Of a stretch of DNA of 64,000 nucleotides, positions 12,520 through 25,070 are shown one piece after another. The DNA is from Malacoraja senta. Its lineage: Eukaryota. The translations under genes were made by a program, and so were the position numbers. The notes under the pieces were generated by a model. That model was not told the origin of the DNA. It made no database searches and was given only the letters and a program-made list of their open reading frames with translations. The stretch spans positions 175,026,001 through 175,090,000 of the forward strand of contig CM075978.1 in the NCBI GenBank assembly GCA_038087875.1, given 5' to 3'. Numbering within the stretch: position 1 is the stretch's first letter; every line of letters begins with the position of its first letter.

Positions 12520-15500
12520 TTTTTTTTTTTTTTTAATTTGTATTTATTAGAAGTACATTAAATTACAACCAATTACATTGGTACTCATCACGTAAATCTT
12601 ATTACAATTAATGTACTCCGTCATTTTTTACACTGATAAAAAGGAAAGGTTGAGATTAAGAAAAAAGAGAAAGTGAAGGAAAATAGTGAAGGTGTAAAAA
12701 CGTGACAACAAGAAAGAACAGAGACCCTGTAGAAAAGAAATTAAAAAGAAAGGATTAAGAGATAGACCCTAAAGAAGAAAAAAAGAGAAAGGGGAAAAAA
12801 GAGAAAAACAAATACTTTGTTATAAGCATCACGCAAATGGGATATACCAACTCTCCAGCTTTCATCCCCCTTTACCTGACCTCAGGTTTTTTTAAAGTAC
12901 TTTTGCACCCTTTACTTGTAATAATTCTATAAATGCAGACCACGTCAGGTGGAAGTGATCTGGTTTACCTGCCAGGAGGAGTCTTATCTCTTCTAGGTGT
13001 AATGTTTCAAACATGTTTGAAATCCACATGTTTATAGTTGGTATTGGAGCGTTTTTCCAGAATTTTAGGATTAACTTTTTTCCAGTTATTAACCCGTAAT
13101 CTATTAATTTCTTTTGAAACACATTTAGTTCAGGACTTTCTTCCGTTGTTGCGAAGATAATCCATTCTGCTTTTGGTATCAGTTTTATTTTAAATAACTT
13201 TGTAAAGATTTCAAAAATTTCAATCCAAAATTTTTGAATTTTTGTACAAAAAACAAATGAGTGCGCTATGGTAGCTTCTTGAGATTAACATGTATCACAA
13301 ATGGATGATACATTGGGGAAAAATTTATTAATTTTAGTTTTTGAATAATATAATATATGTAAAATTTTAAATTGTATTAAGTGTGTCTTACATTAATCGA
13401 ACATTTATGCACGTTTAATAAATGTTCATTCCACCTTTCCTTTGAGATCTTAATAGCTAATTCTTGTTCCCAGTCTCTTCTAATACCTTCCGTAGATGGT
13501 ATTTCTACATTTAAGATACTATTATACAAATATGATATTAAGTTTGCTGATTCAGCTTTTATCTGCATTGCTTCATCCAATACATCTGCTGGGATATTAT
13601 AATGATCTTTTGTATATTTTTTCAAATTGTCACATATTTGAAACTATTTAAAATATTGATTATTTCCCAGTTTATATATTATTTGTAATTGTTGGAATGA
13701 TAGTAATTTTCCAGTTTCATACAAGTCACCGAACGTTTTAATTCCTAGTCTATCCCATTGTGTAAAATATTTGTCTGTAATAGAGGGGTTAAACGAAGGG
13801 TTATTAACTATTGGAGATAAAAGCGATAGATTTCTTAATTTTAAATTTTGTTTTATTTGTTTCCAAGTTCTGATTGTACTATGTATAATTGGGTTGTTGT
13901 TATAATTTATGTTATTCAGTTTCATTGGTGAGAGGAAGATCGCTCCAATATTACCAGAGGAACAGTCCCCTCTCTCCATTACAATCCAGTCCACTTGCTG
14001 GGCAGAGTTGTCCATCAGTTGGATCATATTTTTAATATTTACTGACCAATAATAATACATGAAGTTAGGGAGTGCTAAGCCCCCTAATACTTTAGCTTTG
14101 TTCAAGTGTGTTCTTTGTATTCTATGGGATTTATAATCTCATATAAAATTAATAATGTCTGACTCCAATTTTTAAAAAAACTTCTTTGGTAGGTATATAG
14201 GAATCGATTGAAATAGGTATAAAATTTGTGGTAAGAAGATCATTTTTATTGCATTTATTCCGCCTATTAAAGACATCGGAAGCGTTTTCCAAAATTTAAT
14301 TAATGTATTTAATTTATTAAGTAGAGGATCATAATTTGCTTTGAACATGCCTTGATATATTCTGGTGATTTCAATACCCAAGTATTTAAATTTTTCTGTA
14401 GCTATTTTAAAAGGGAATTTTAAAAGATGTGTTGAGTCTTTCGGTTTTATTGACATAATTTCACTTTTATTCCAATTTATTCTGTATCCAGAAAAGAATC
14501 CAAAGTCCTCAATTAGATTTAGTATGTTTGGTATAGTAATTTGAGGTTTTGTAATGTACAATAATATATCATCCGCGTATAAAGATATTTCATTATTTGA
14601 GTATTTAGTATTATACCCATGGATATCAGGATGTGTTCTAATTTTTTCTGCTAATGGTTCAATTATGAGAGCAAACAACTGTGGTGATAATGAGCATCCT
14701 TGCCTGTTTCCCCTTGATAGTTGAAATTTCGAGGATAATATGTTATTAGTTAGTATTCTAGCTGTAGGTTTATTATATAATAATTTAATCCATAAAATAA
14801 AATTCTCTCCCAGTTGGAATTTTTGTGATACTTTATCCATATAATTCCATTCTACTTGGTCAAATGCTTTTTCAGCGTCCAGCGAAATAATTGATAATTC
14901 TTGTTCTTCAATTTTGTGTGAGTGCATTATATTGAGTAGACGTCTCATATTATTAGATGAATATCTCTTAGGGATAAACCCCGTCTGATCTGGGTTTATT
15001 AATTTACTAATATATTTAATTAATCTTCTAGCTAATTTCGCTAATATTTTTTGATCTGTATTTAACAATGCTATAGCTCTATATGAACCCGGTTCTTCTA
15101 TATATTTGTTGTTTTTTAAGTATTAGTGTGGTCGTTGATTCAGCTAATGTATCAGGTAATATTTGTTTATTAAAAGCATATTGATACATTTTTTGTAACT
15201 GTGGTATAATTTTGTCATAAAAGTTTTATAAAATTCATTAGTATATCCATCAGGACCTGGAGTTTTTCCATTCTTTAATGAATTTATTGTGTCTTCTAAT
15301 TCCTTGATTGAAACTTGTGCACCCAATTCCTCTTGTTCCTTCAACTCTAGCTTTGGAAGATTACAATTATCCATGAACTCTGTAATTTTATTGGAGTCCG
15401 TTGTTGTTTTAGATGTGTACAAATTCTCATAAAATTGCGCAAATCTTTTATTAATATCCTTCGGTATGGTTAGTAATTCCCCTCTATCTGATTTAATCTT

Positions 15501-17960
15501 TTGGATCGTATGTTCTTTTTCTCGTTTTTTTGGCTGACGAGCTAAAATTTATGCGGTTGATCCCCAAATTCAAAGTGTTCCTGTTTTGTAATTTGTAAAA
15601 GTCTTATAAGTTTGGCTGATAATAGTTTATTTAATTTAAATTTCAAAATTATTATTTTATTATGTTTATCTATTGATGGATCTTTAGCATTATCTATATC
15701 CATTTGTCTAATAAGTTCTTCTAACTGTCTTTGTTCATTCTTATTCTTTTTATTTTGAAAAGCTTGGTATGAGATTATAACACCTCTAATAAATGCTTTA
15801 AAAGATTCCCATAGTAAAGTAGGCGATATATCTGGAGTGTCATTTATTTCAAATAATACGTCCATTTGTTCTTTTAAATATATACTCGCTTGCGGATCTT
15901 TTAGGATTTGAGAATTGAATCTCCAAAACGATTTATTCTTAGACATTCCTTCCAGTTTTAAAAAGAAAGTTAGTGGTGAATGGTCTGAATTCGAATTTGT
16001 ATGGTATGCTGGGTTCACAGTGTGAGGGATTAATTTTGTATCCACCAGGAAATAATCTATACGTGAGTATGTTTTGTGTACCATTAAATAAAACGAGTAT
16101 TCCCTGCCAATCGGATTAGCAATTCTCCAAACATCTGTTACATTGGTATTATTTATATAAGTATTTAAAAGTTCACTAGTTTTAGATTTCGTATTCCCTC
16201 TCTGTGTTTGGCTTGATTTGTCTAAATACGGATCTAAAACACAGTTAAAGTCTCCTCCTATTATAACATTTTTATAATTAAACTCTGCGATTATGTTCAG
16301 AATTTTATTGAAAAAATGAGGATTGTCAAAGTTAGGCGCGTATATATTTACCAAGGTAATTGGTGTATCATGAATTTCTCCGGTAACTTCAATGTCTGTT
16401 ATGGTATTCTTTGCTTTGAATGGTATACCATTTCTAATAATGATTGACGTACCTCTAGAATTCGAAGTATATAAAGAATGATATATTTGACCTATCCATT
16501 TCGCCCTCAACCTAGCTTGATCCTGGGATTTTAGATGAGTTTCTTGTAAGAAAATGATGTCAGAATTGTACAGTTTCAGCTGAGCTAATATCTTACCCCT
16601 TTTAATAGGTTCATTAATACCTCTTATATTCCAACTGCAGAATGAGACTCCCCCTAGGTTCATTTGTTTAACATCATGCATTTTGAATAATTATAATACC
16701 TTTAAATCTTGTGGTGCATCCATGTCTCAGGTCTTTGGGTATTGGGGGAACCTTTGCATTACTAAGTTTTGTTGGCATATCCCTTTTACGCTTATCACTA
16801 AACACAAAACACAAACATGTGACTTTATGTGGTAATAATAATAATTTTTAAAAAATTGAAAAAGTGAAAATACAATGTCTAAAATGGTCGACACTGTAAC
16901 AAGTGGCCCACCTGTAGGTGGGAGAAAACCTTGTTTCGACTTCTATTGTTGATGTTAAACAAATAACTCCGCACCCTTGGTTAATCATAACATAATAGGA
17001 CGGGGCCTCACAATCAGATATATAATACAAATTTACCCTATATATTTCATTATAACCTATCTTATATATATCGCAATTTTATCTACTAATTATTAAACGA
17101 ATGATTTTACCTTCAATAATAATCAACTGTTGGTTTGAAGGGGTTAATGAAACGTGCTCCTGGACTTGAGCCAGGTGCTCGTTTCTCATCCCCTCCTCCC
17201 AGTTATAGATAAGGTTTAAATTTAGTAAAAATTTATGTTAGTTATATTAGTTCGTTATTTTTTTTGTTAGCGTCCGTTACTATTCTAGTTTAATATTGAT
17301 AACTTGTTAAATTGTTAAGTTGTTAACAGGATAAATTCTTACAATTGGATTTAATATTATAATCTATTAAACAATTAATGCTTCTGGTATAGTCTATTCT
17401 CTTCGGTTCGGCTGTTTACTTCGTTTGGAACACAAAATGTCCTTGAGTTAAAATTCCACAGATAACCAGTCTCGCCATCCTAAACAAAACACTACATGAA
17501 ATGGTTCTGAGCTGCCGATCCTCCATTAACTGTGGAATTCCAATAAAAAAGTTTGTTCATACCATCTATGTCGCTAATTTTCAACGATGCTCTGGGCATA
17601 TTTGTACGCATCCTCCGGGTTTACAAATGATCTTTCACGTCCATTATAAGAGATGCGCATTTTAGCTGGATAAAAGGCACCGTATCTAACATCTTGCATC
17701 CCCCTTAAAAGTTATTTTGCCTTTCTGAATTGATTTCTCTTTTGCACAATTCCATACGGATAGTCCCTGAATAATTTGATAATGTCGTTATCAAGCCTCA
17801 GTTGCACTCCATATTTCATTTTACTCATCACCTCTTCCAGTTCTGAAATGTCTCGACATTTCACAATAATCTGCCGTGGGTGGTCTTGTCTAGCTTGAGA
17901 TCCCGGTTTAAATCTCGGTACATGGTGTGCCACTTCAATATTCGGTTCTTTGGAGAGATT
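12520..17960 (-). mobile_element. L1-clade LINE, 5'-truncated within ORF1, disrupted ORF2
   Basis: ORF1 C-terminus (PRQIIVK, YPAKMRISYNG); APE domain 15542-16681 (SWNIRG, LQETH, GGDFN); RT 14172-15068 (LDAEKAFD, RQGCSLSP, YADD); AATAAA plus polyA at ~12520-12547; candidate TSD GCAGCTTTTGAAAG/GCTGCTTTTGAAAG. Confidence 0.93.
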
Positions 17961-18405
17961 AAGCTGCTTTTGAAAGATTTAAACGGGCATCGGACCGTTC
18001 GGACAGTCATTAAAGGCTCCGGACCGCGAGCAAGCGATTCCCGGCGTGCAGGTATGGTCCATCATTCACCCACGTTATTTAGTAATTTTTTACCCATCAT
18101 TTTCTCTAAATGATTGGTAAAAATGACTAAATAACATGGGTGAATGAGGGACTGTACCTGCACGCCAGCAAGCCCGTGCTCACGGTCAGGACCCTTAACG
18201 ATCGTCCGATACCCGCTTCAATCTTTCAAAAGCTACAGCGTGATAAATACCACTGAATAAAACTGAAGCAAATAAAGGTAAACAGAAGAACTAACCTTGG
18301 AGGAGAGAGAGAGAGAGAAAACGACACACGTAAACTTTTCACAAACTAACAAAAACATACATAAAGAAACTTTTGATGGGAGGAGATAAATTTGTTAGTT
18401 GTCAT
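17961..18405. repeat. Long palindromic (foldback/MITE-like) element; its left arm continues at 12310-12518 across the L1
   Basis: 17965-18095 is the reverse complement of 18110-18235; 12360-12518 is the reverse complement of 18225-18380; extra half-copy at 12195-12305. Confidence 0.8.
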
Positions 18406-18470
18406 GCACACTCGTCATCGGGCCGCCAGGCAATTGTGCCCCCCCTGTTTTAAAAGTGATTTCCGCGCTT

Positions 18471-18890
18471 AGCAGGCTGAGTAGGCTGGATCACTATTCC
18501 ATGGAGCACAGGACGATGAGGGGAGATCTTCTAGATGTATACAAAAACATGAGAGGAATAGATCGCGTGGATGCACAGAGTCTTCTGCCCAGAGCAAGGG
18601 AATCGAGGACCAGAGGACTTTGGTTCAAGGTGAAGGGGAAAATATTTAATAGGATTCTGATGGGTAACGTTTTCACACAAAGGGTGGTGGGTGTATGGAA
18701 CAAGCTGTCAGAAGAGGTAGTTGAGGCTGGGAACATCCCATCATTTAAGAAAGAGTTAGACAGGTTCGTGGATAGGACAGGTTTGGAGGGATATGGACCA
18801 AGCGCAGGCAAGTGGGACATAGTTGGCCGGTGTGGGCAAGTTGGGCCGAGGGGCCTGTTTCCACAATGTATCACGCTATGACGGTATGTC
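18471..18890 (+). mobile_element. Old CR1 3' fragment; its 5' part is at ~11455-11513
   Basis: LDHYSMEHRTMRGDL...FTQRVVGVWNKL; paralogous copy at 57970-58520. Confidence 0.85.
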
Positions 18891-19417
18891 GGTGGTGGTA
18901 ACGTATTAGCGCTTCTATTAATTACTTTGTGTGACGCGTTGGATGTGGAGACTGGTGGGGTTGGAAGTAACGATTAGTTCAGGAACTAGATGAGCTTCAA
19001 GCAAGGGTTCCATCTACTCTTGCGGGGGAGAAGCCACAGGACAGAAAGAATGAGAACCTTTCAGACATACCTGCGTGATCGTTCCATTGTCAACCAATGT
19101 GTCATACTGTAGATTGGGAACTGATGGCATGGAATAGGAGCACTGCCAAGGGACGAAATAAGAATACCTTAACTCATGACACCCGAGGAGAAATCATGAG
19201 ATAAGTAGATTGGGTGAATGCACGGGAATATTTTCACTGGATTGAGCAATCAAGAACTAAATGACATGGTTTTATGGTGAGAGGGGAATTAATAAGAACC
19301 CGAATCTGAACTATGTGTAGTGGAGATTTTATATAGGCCTGGATTAATATGGTAATCTACAGTGGGTAAATCCGAATGTGGGATAATATAGAACTAGTGG
19401 CCTCGGAGGGGATGAAG

Positions 19418-20178
19418 CATGTGTGGAAATCCGGTGGGGCAGGGGGACACATCCCCTCCATGTTTTGAGGGGTGGGGGATAACCCCCCCCCCTCCCATGT
19501 TTTGTAATCCGGATTTTGAAATTCGGTGAAAACAAATCTATTAAAAATCTCCGCATTCCGCGAGACAGTGGAGAAGGAACTGATGATCAAGGGCGCCGAT
19601 TGGACGAGTGAGACGTCGGTCAGCAAGTAGTGGGTGGGGCGGGGGGTGGGGCGGTGGGAGGCGGGACATGATGATTTAGTGCGATGATTGGAGGAGGGAG
19701 GTATCGGTCAGAGGCGGAAGTAGGGGGTGGGACTGAGGATAGAGCGCGGTGTTTGGAGAAGGGAGACGTCCTGGTAGAGCAAAGATCATGGAGGGGAGTT
19801 CCAATCGGTCCATTCGCGTGGCCTTTCATCGCCTGGCGAGACGCGGCCGCGTCAAATTGTTGCGTCGAGGCGAAAGATGCTCCCGATGTTGAAGCTCCCG
19901 CCGGGGGATGGAAGGCCCCGCGGCCGGTTTTAAGCCGCGCTGGGCGATGAAAGGTCCCGCGAACGGGCCGATTGAAGCCACACGATTCGGGCGGACGAAG
20001 CTGCTGGAGTTCCGAGTCGGTCACCAACCAGGTCAACTCCCGATGTTACCGTCCACAGGGCCCACGGCCGAAGCCTCCGAATTCTCGCGCGTGCGTGTGC
20101 GTGTGCGCGTGCGTATGCGCATGCGGGCACCAAGAAATTGTGCCCCCCCCCATGTTTTGACAGCGATTTCCGCCCCTG
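19418..20178. mobile_element. hAT-like MITE
   Basis: TIR CATGTGTGGAAAT/ATTTCCGCCCCTG; 8-bp TSD GGATGAAG/TGACGAAG; empty site GGGCGAAG in the paralog at ~56610 (minus strand). Confidence 0.8.
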
Positions 20179-20375
20179 TGACGAAGGGCTTGATTTCATT
20201 CTGTATTTTGCAATCAAATCAAACCTGTGTGGAAAGGTTCATCATGGGAGAAAATGCAATCATTGGAGGTGGGATCCATTGAATGATGCCTCGAGATGGA
20301 ATCGCATATCAGAGCGGCAATTAAGAGCATGGTTTCCTGCAAAGCCGAAACGAATATTTATCCTCACTGTATAAT

Positions 20376-20990
20376 CAGGGCCGGCCTTAAGCCGATTGGA
20401 CCGATTGCTCCCAATTGGGCCCCGTGAGTAAGGGGGCCCCGCGCCAGAGTAATCTACTCTCGGCTCGGGTAGATTTACCCCGGGTGGAGGGGGGAGAGAG
20501 GGGTGGAGAGAGGGGCGGAGAGAGAGAGTAGAGGGGTGGAGAGGGACGAAAGGGGTAGACGCGGAGGGGGTGTGAGGGGGAATGGAGAAGGGGGAGAGGG
20601 GGAGGTGGGTCGTTCGCTCACGGCAGCGCTCCCGCCCCTCCAGTCGCCGTGCTTCACGCAAACAACCCCGGCTGCGCCCCCCTCTCTCTCGGGGGAGACG
20701 CGTGAACAATACACGGAGGGCAGGGCGCGGGTTGGAGCAACGTTTACAAACATCGGCCTCAGCTCACACCCGTCCGCCCGGACCCCGGCATCCGCTCCCG
20801 CCGCCGGGCCTCTCCCTCCATTCTCTTCTTCCCTCCCGCCTTCCTCTCTCTTTTCCCTTCTCTCATTCGCTCCATCCCTTCTTTCTCTCCTTCTCTCCCT
20901 CCTTTCTCTACCTCCCTCCCGTCCTTCCTCCCTTCTCTCCCTCCCTCCCTCCCTCCCTCCCTTCTGTCCTTCCCTCCCACACACACAAAA
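20376..20990. mobile_element. hAT-like left end (CAGGGCCGGCCTTAAG) followed by GA- and CT-rich low-complexity sequence
   Basis: Typical CAGGG hAT terminus; right end not found; coincides with the end of duplication homology. Confidence 0.45.
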
Positions 20991-21029
20991 CGCACAGTCT
21001 ACACATTGTGTTTGTTACTTATACCTTCT

Positions 21030-21530
21030 CCATCATGGTCTGGTTTGGCTCAGCCACCAAGCCACCAAACACGAAACCTGGAGGCTGCAGCGAAACGTCC
21101 CGGTCAGCAGAGAAGGTTATTGGCTGCAATCTTCCCTCCATTGATGAACTGTACACTGCAAGGGCCAGGAAGCGAGCAGGCAAGATCATCTCTGACCCTC
21201 TCACCCTGGCCACAAACTCTTTGAATCACTTCCCTCTGGAAGGCGACTCCGGACTGTGAAAGCTGCCACAGCCAGACATAAAACAGTTTTTATCCACGAG
21301 CAGATGCTCTACTCAACAGCCAAAATCTGTAGCCTCCCTTTGACCTGGTATTTTGTTGGTTCACATGCTTGATCAATGGTGTTTTATCATTAATGTTTTA
21401 TTATTATTAATGTTTAGTGTTTCTGAGCCATTCGTAACTCTCACTGTATGTCATGTTGTTACTTGTGGGTGGAGCACCAAGGCAAATTCCTTGAATGTGA
21501 ATACTTGGCCAATAAACGTACTCACTCTCT
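21030..21530 (+). mobile_element. Rex1/Babar LINE 3' fragment
   Basis: SAEKVIGCNLPSIDELYTARARKRAGKII is similar to the C-terminus of the Rex1 ORF at 54304-55488; AATAAA tail. Confidence 0.8.
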
Positions 21531-21544
21531 TACTTAACAAAAGG

Positions 21545-22178
21545 TAATGCTACGGTGGTTATGGGAGATTTCAACATGCAGGTTGACTGGGAAAATCAGC
21601 TTGGCACTGGACCCCAAGAAAGGAAATTTGTAGAGTGCCTCCGAGATGGATTCTTAGAGCAGCTTGTGTAACGGGGATAGCTTGGACCCGATAGCAGCAC
21701 AGGATCAGGCAGGTATAGTTGGTACTGAACTTTATTCCGATACTGGAACACAGGAATGGGTACATCGTACTCACACAGAGACTCAGGATTGAGCGAGGGT
21801 TCCGAAGAGGGGCTGGGAGGTTCGAATCCTTGCAGGCAGTCGGGAAATCGCTGGAGAGTCTTGCATGAATGCTGAGAACAATCTGGCACTGTGGGAACGG
21901 TGAGGAGAGTCTAGATACCGGATTAATTGGTGATCAGAGGCAACTGAGTGCCACAGGTGAGGAGAGTTGGGCTGATGAGAGGGGAGTGGCAGGCAGGCAG
22001 GAGAGGGCAGACTGTGACAGCTTGTACTGGAGCCTACCAGGGAGAAGACAATTCTGGATTTAGTGTTGTGTAATGAACCGGATTTGATAAAGAAACTCAA
22101 GATAAAAGAACCATTACGAGGTAGTGACCATAATATGATAAATTTCAATCTGCAATTTGAGAGGGAGAAGGTAAATTA
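21545..22178 (+). mobile_element. CR1 endonuclease fragment interrupted by a solo LTR
   Basis: VVMGDFNMQVDWENQ...LDLVLCNEP, nearly identical to part of 28782-29354. Confidence 0.85.
21667..22019 (-). mobile_element. Solo LTR (353 bp)
   Basis: TGTAAC...GTGACA termini; perfect 5-bp TSD GCTTG; removing it restores the CR1 sequence; AATAAA on the minus strand. Confidence 0.85.
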
Positions 22179-24869
22179 GTAAGATTAAATGAGAATTTAC
22201 CAGTTTGAAGTTTGATCTTTATTTTATGAGGAGTTACGTTGAGGGATTATGTGAAGAGCCCGCCAGCACGCATGCGCGTCAATCTTCAAAGCAGCGGTGT
22301 GGGATCACAGGTAACAGTTTATTGAACTAAACATAGCAAGATTAGAGAAGACTAGAATACCAGCTGACCTTTATGATAGAGGGTTGGGCGCGGAGGGCAC
22401 GTAATCCCTCAACGTAACTCCTCATAAAATAAAGATCAAACTTCAAACTGGTAAGTTCTCGTTTAATCTTACTATTTTACTTTGGAGTCACGTGAGTGAC
22501 TACGTGAAGATTTCAAAGCTCTGTGATTTCATGCAGTGGAAACGAGTCCATGCGTCACACATTGTATCAGTTGACCAATGATGAGTGAACATTAATAATG
22601 CATTCAGATATGACATAGATATAGACATGTTGATGCTTTTAATGAACAAATAATGATAATATTAACCTCCCTCAAACGGAAGGAACTATGAACAGAACCT
22701 AACATAGAGTTGGCAAATACCACCGATCTGGCAATGGGTTTGTTCTGAACATTTGGAAAGATCGTATGTTTGATCATCCTGCAGCCGCTAGGATGTGGTC
22801 CCGCTAACGTCCATAACCCTGCTGCTGAGGTTGTTGCAGCCCTAGTGGAGTGAGACTTGAAAATGTCAGTGTTCACTCCTGTATAAGCCAGACTCGTTTA
22901 ACCACCTGGAGATGGTCTGTAGTAATAACTTCTTACGAGGCTTTATGTAACTCACAACATTGCTAGTTCAGAGTCTGTAAGGCTCTTAGTGACCTTAACA
23001 TTCTGGTGTAGATGTGTGACTACACACAACCGAAGGTCCATGGGATATGCAAACAAATCTAGTTTGAGACCTGATGCCCTGGTCTACTCTGCTTGACTAA
23101 GTAATAAACATAAAATGTTATTTAGCCCGCAGATATGATCATCCTATCCAGTCACAGCTTATGCAATGACTGGACCCGTTGTGCTGAACTAAGCGGCCAT
23201 CAGCATAATCACTTGTAAGTGAGTTTGACGAAGGACAGGGATGTAGCTGTAGCCCACTGGCGAAGCGACGTAGCACAACGTTAACATCCCATGTCTCTGC
23301 GTACCTAGGCCTGGGAGGTTTTGAGTTGAAGATACCCTTCATAATCTAGATTCTCAGAGGGTGAGACCCGACAGAGTGGATTCTGCTCCCCTCAGCCATC
23401 ATGATGAGAAGGCACTTAAAGGCTCTGTCCCACGGGTTTGCGGTCGTTGGCGGTCAAGCGCGGCGTCGCCGGAAGAGGGGACCGCACGGCAACCACGAGA
23501 GCGCCGCACGGATCCTGCACGGGGGGCCAAGTACGGCCGGTTCAACGAGCTTGTGGTTTCGGCTGATGACGTCTTTTGGATCGCGGGGTTGTGGCGGCGG
23601 CCGTGCCGCACACGTACCTCGCTGTCGGCGGCTGTGGCGGCGGCCATGCCGCACACGTACCTCACTGGCGGCGGCTGTGGCGGCGGCCGTGCCGCACACG
23701 TGCCTCACTGGCGGAGGCTGTGGCGGTGCAGGTTCGACACACGGCGCTCGTGCCTCACTGGCGGCGGCTGTGGCGGCGGCCGTGCCGCACTCGTGCCTCA
23801 CTGGCGGCGGCTGTGCGGTAGGAACATATTTTTGGACAGTGTTGGTTTTTATTTAGCACCGTGCGGTGTTGGGAACAACGCCGCACGGCCCTGGAATTGT
23901 GCGTTTGACCGAGCCCGCGGTCTCTGGCGGTCCAGTACCGGCAGATAGTTCCTGTTTCGCCGCCAATGACCGCAGACTCGTGAGACAGGCCTTTTAGGAA
24001 CAGTAAATGGCACTGTAACTTAATGATTGTCAAAACCCCATATAAAACTGAACTTCAAGACGTTAGTCATCCATGCCGAATTAACTGTAATATAAGCATA
24101 AAACAAATACCCCCCATCTTCTTATGAGGAAATACTGCTATTTGGTGGTATCCCTGCAATCTGCAGTGAGCACGGCCAAGGTTTATGGTTTAACAACCCG
24201 AGCCGCAGGAACGGTCTTCTCATATCTGCAAGTCAATAAATTGATTATATCATGCAGAGGATGGTTTCCCGAGTCACGGCTAAACCAGCAAATTTGTGTC
24301 CAGAAATAACCATATAAGGTTCTATTGTCATTCCCCACATCAGCGGGAACCATGGCTGTATAAGCCAGACAGGCACTACGAAAATGCCTGAAGCGGGAAC
24401 TTGCTGAATTTTTGCAAGACCCGTCTGATGAGGCAAAATGGAGGAAGACATAAAAGAACATTCCTCCCCAGTGTAGCGAGAATGCACCCATCGCCATTGA
24501 TATGCCACATATTTTTTGCAACTGGTGATTGAGCCTGGATGCAAACATCTCGATCGTTTGTCGAGCCACGATGTCATTAAATACTTTGTGATCCCAAATC
24601 CAAACTGTGTTGTCATTGATTTTACATGATGATACACCAGTGCTTAATGAGGTTAGGTAAACTATCACTGGATAGTTTGACTTGATTGCACCCATGTGAT
24701 TAACATATACCACCACCAAAGTGTATCAACTTGTACTTGAGCGTGCAGATTATGCATATTCACACAACCCTTTAATCCACAGAATGCAACCTGGTGTCTA
24801 TAGGTAGTTGATACCATATAACTGAACAATTGGTAACTTATGCAAATCCCATCCGCCTCCGTAACTAGA
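22178..24869 (-). mobile_element. DIRS1-like tyrosine-recombinase retrotransposon, 3' portion, degenerate, cut by the gap
   Basis: YR motifs HSTRAATTS (22604-22876) and KGIFNSKPPRPRY..TWDVNVVL (23139-23342); RNaseH/MT-like pieces 24183-24719; ~75-bp inverted pair 22178-22252 / 22400-22472. Confidence 0.85.
23420..23992. mobile_element. MITE with ~35-bp TIRs and a TTAA-like target (Kolobok-like), containing ~43-bp tandem repeats
   Basis: TTAA|AGGCTCTGTCCCACGGG...CTCGTGAGACAGGCCT|TTTA; about 5 copies of TGTGGCGGCGGCCGTGCCGCACACGTGCCTCACTGGCGGCGGC at 23590-23815. Confidence 0.7.
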
Positions 24870-25069
24870 NNNNNNNNNNNNNNNNNNNNNNNNNNNNNNN
24901 NNNNNNNNNNNNNNNNNNNNNNNNNNNNNNNNNNNNNNNNNNNNNNNNNNNNNNNNNNNNNNNNNNNNNNNNNNNNNNNNNNNNNNNNNNNNNNNNNNNN
25001 NNNNNNNNNNNNNNNNNNNNNNNNNNNNNNNNNNNNNNNNNNNNNNNNNNNNNNNNNNNNNNNNNNNNN
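24870..25069. other. Assembly gap (200 N)
   Basis: Run of exactly 200 N. Confidence 1.
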
Positions 25070-25070
25070 A

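Larger units (their letters stand above)
11515..18470. mobile_element. Non-autonomous hAT-like DNA transposon carrying nested insertions
   Basis: Ends CATGGGCGGAAA...ATTTCCGCGCTT, the same terminal sequences as 19418-20178; approximate 8-bp TSD AGCAGGTT/AGCAGGCT; splits a CR1 fragment that is intact at 57970-58520. Confidence 0.75.
4410..20370 (-). repeat. Segmental duplication copy 1 (gene A leader/V plus upstream region), inflated by copy-specific insertions
   Basis: Colinear reverse-complement similarity to 56420-64000 in blocks, e.g. 7480-7690 vs 61650-61860, 7690-8210 vs 60191-60690, 8200-9030 vs 58540-59300, 18890-19310 vs 57560-57970, 20180-20370 vs 56420-56610. Confidence 0.9.

Noticed and set aside
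23590-23815. Regular ~43-bp repeats as a CRISPR-like array
   Set aside because: Head-to-tail tandem units with no unique spacers, inside a MITE in a vertebrate genome
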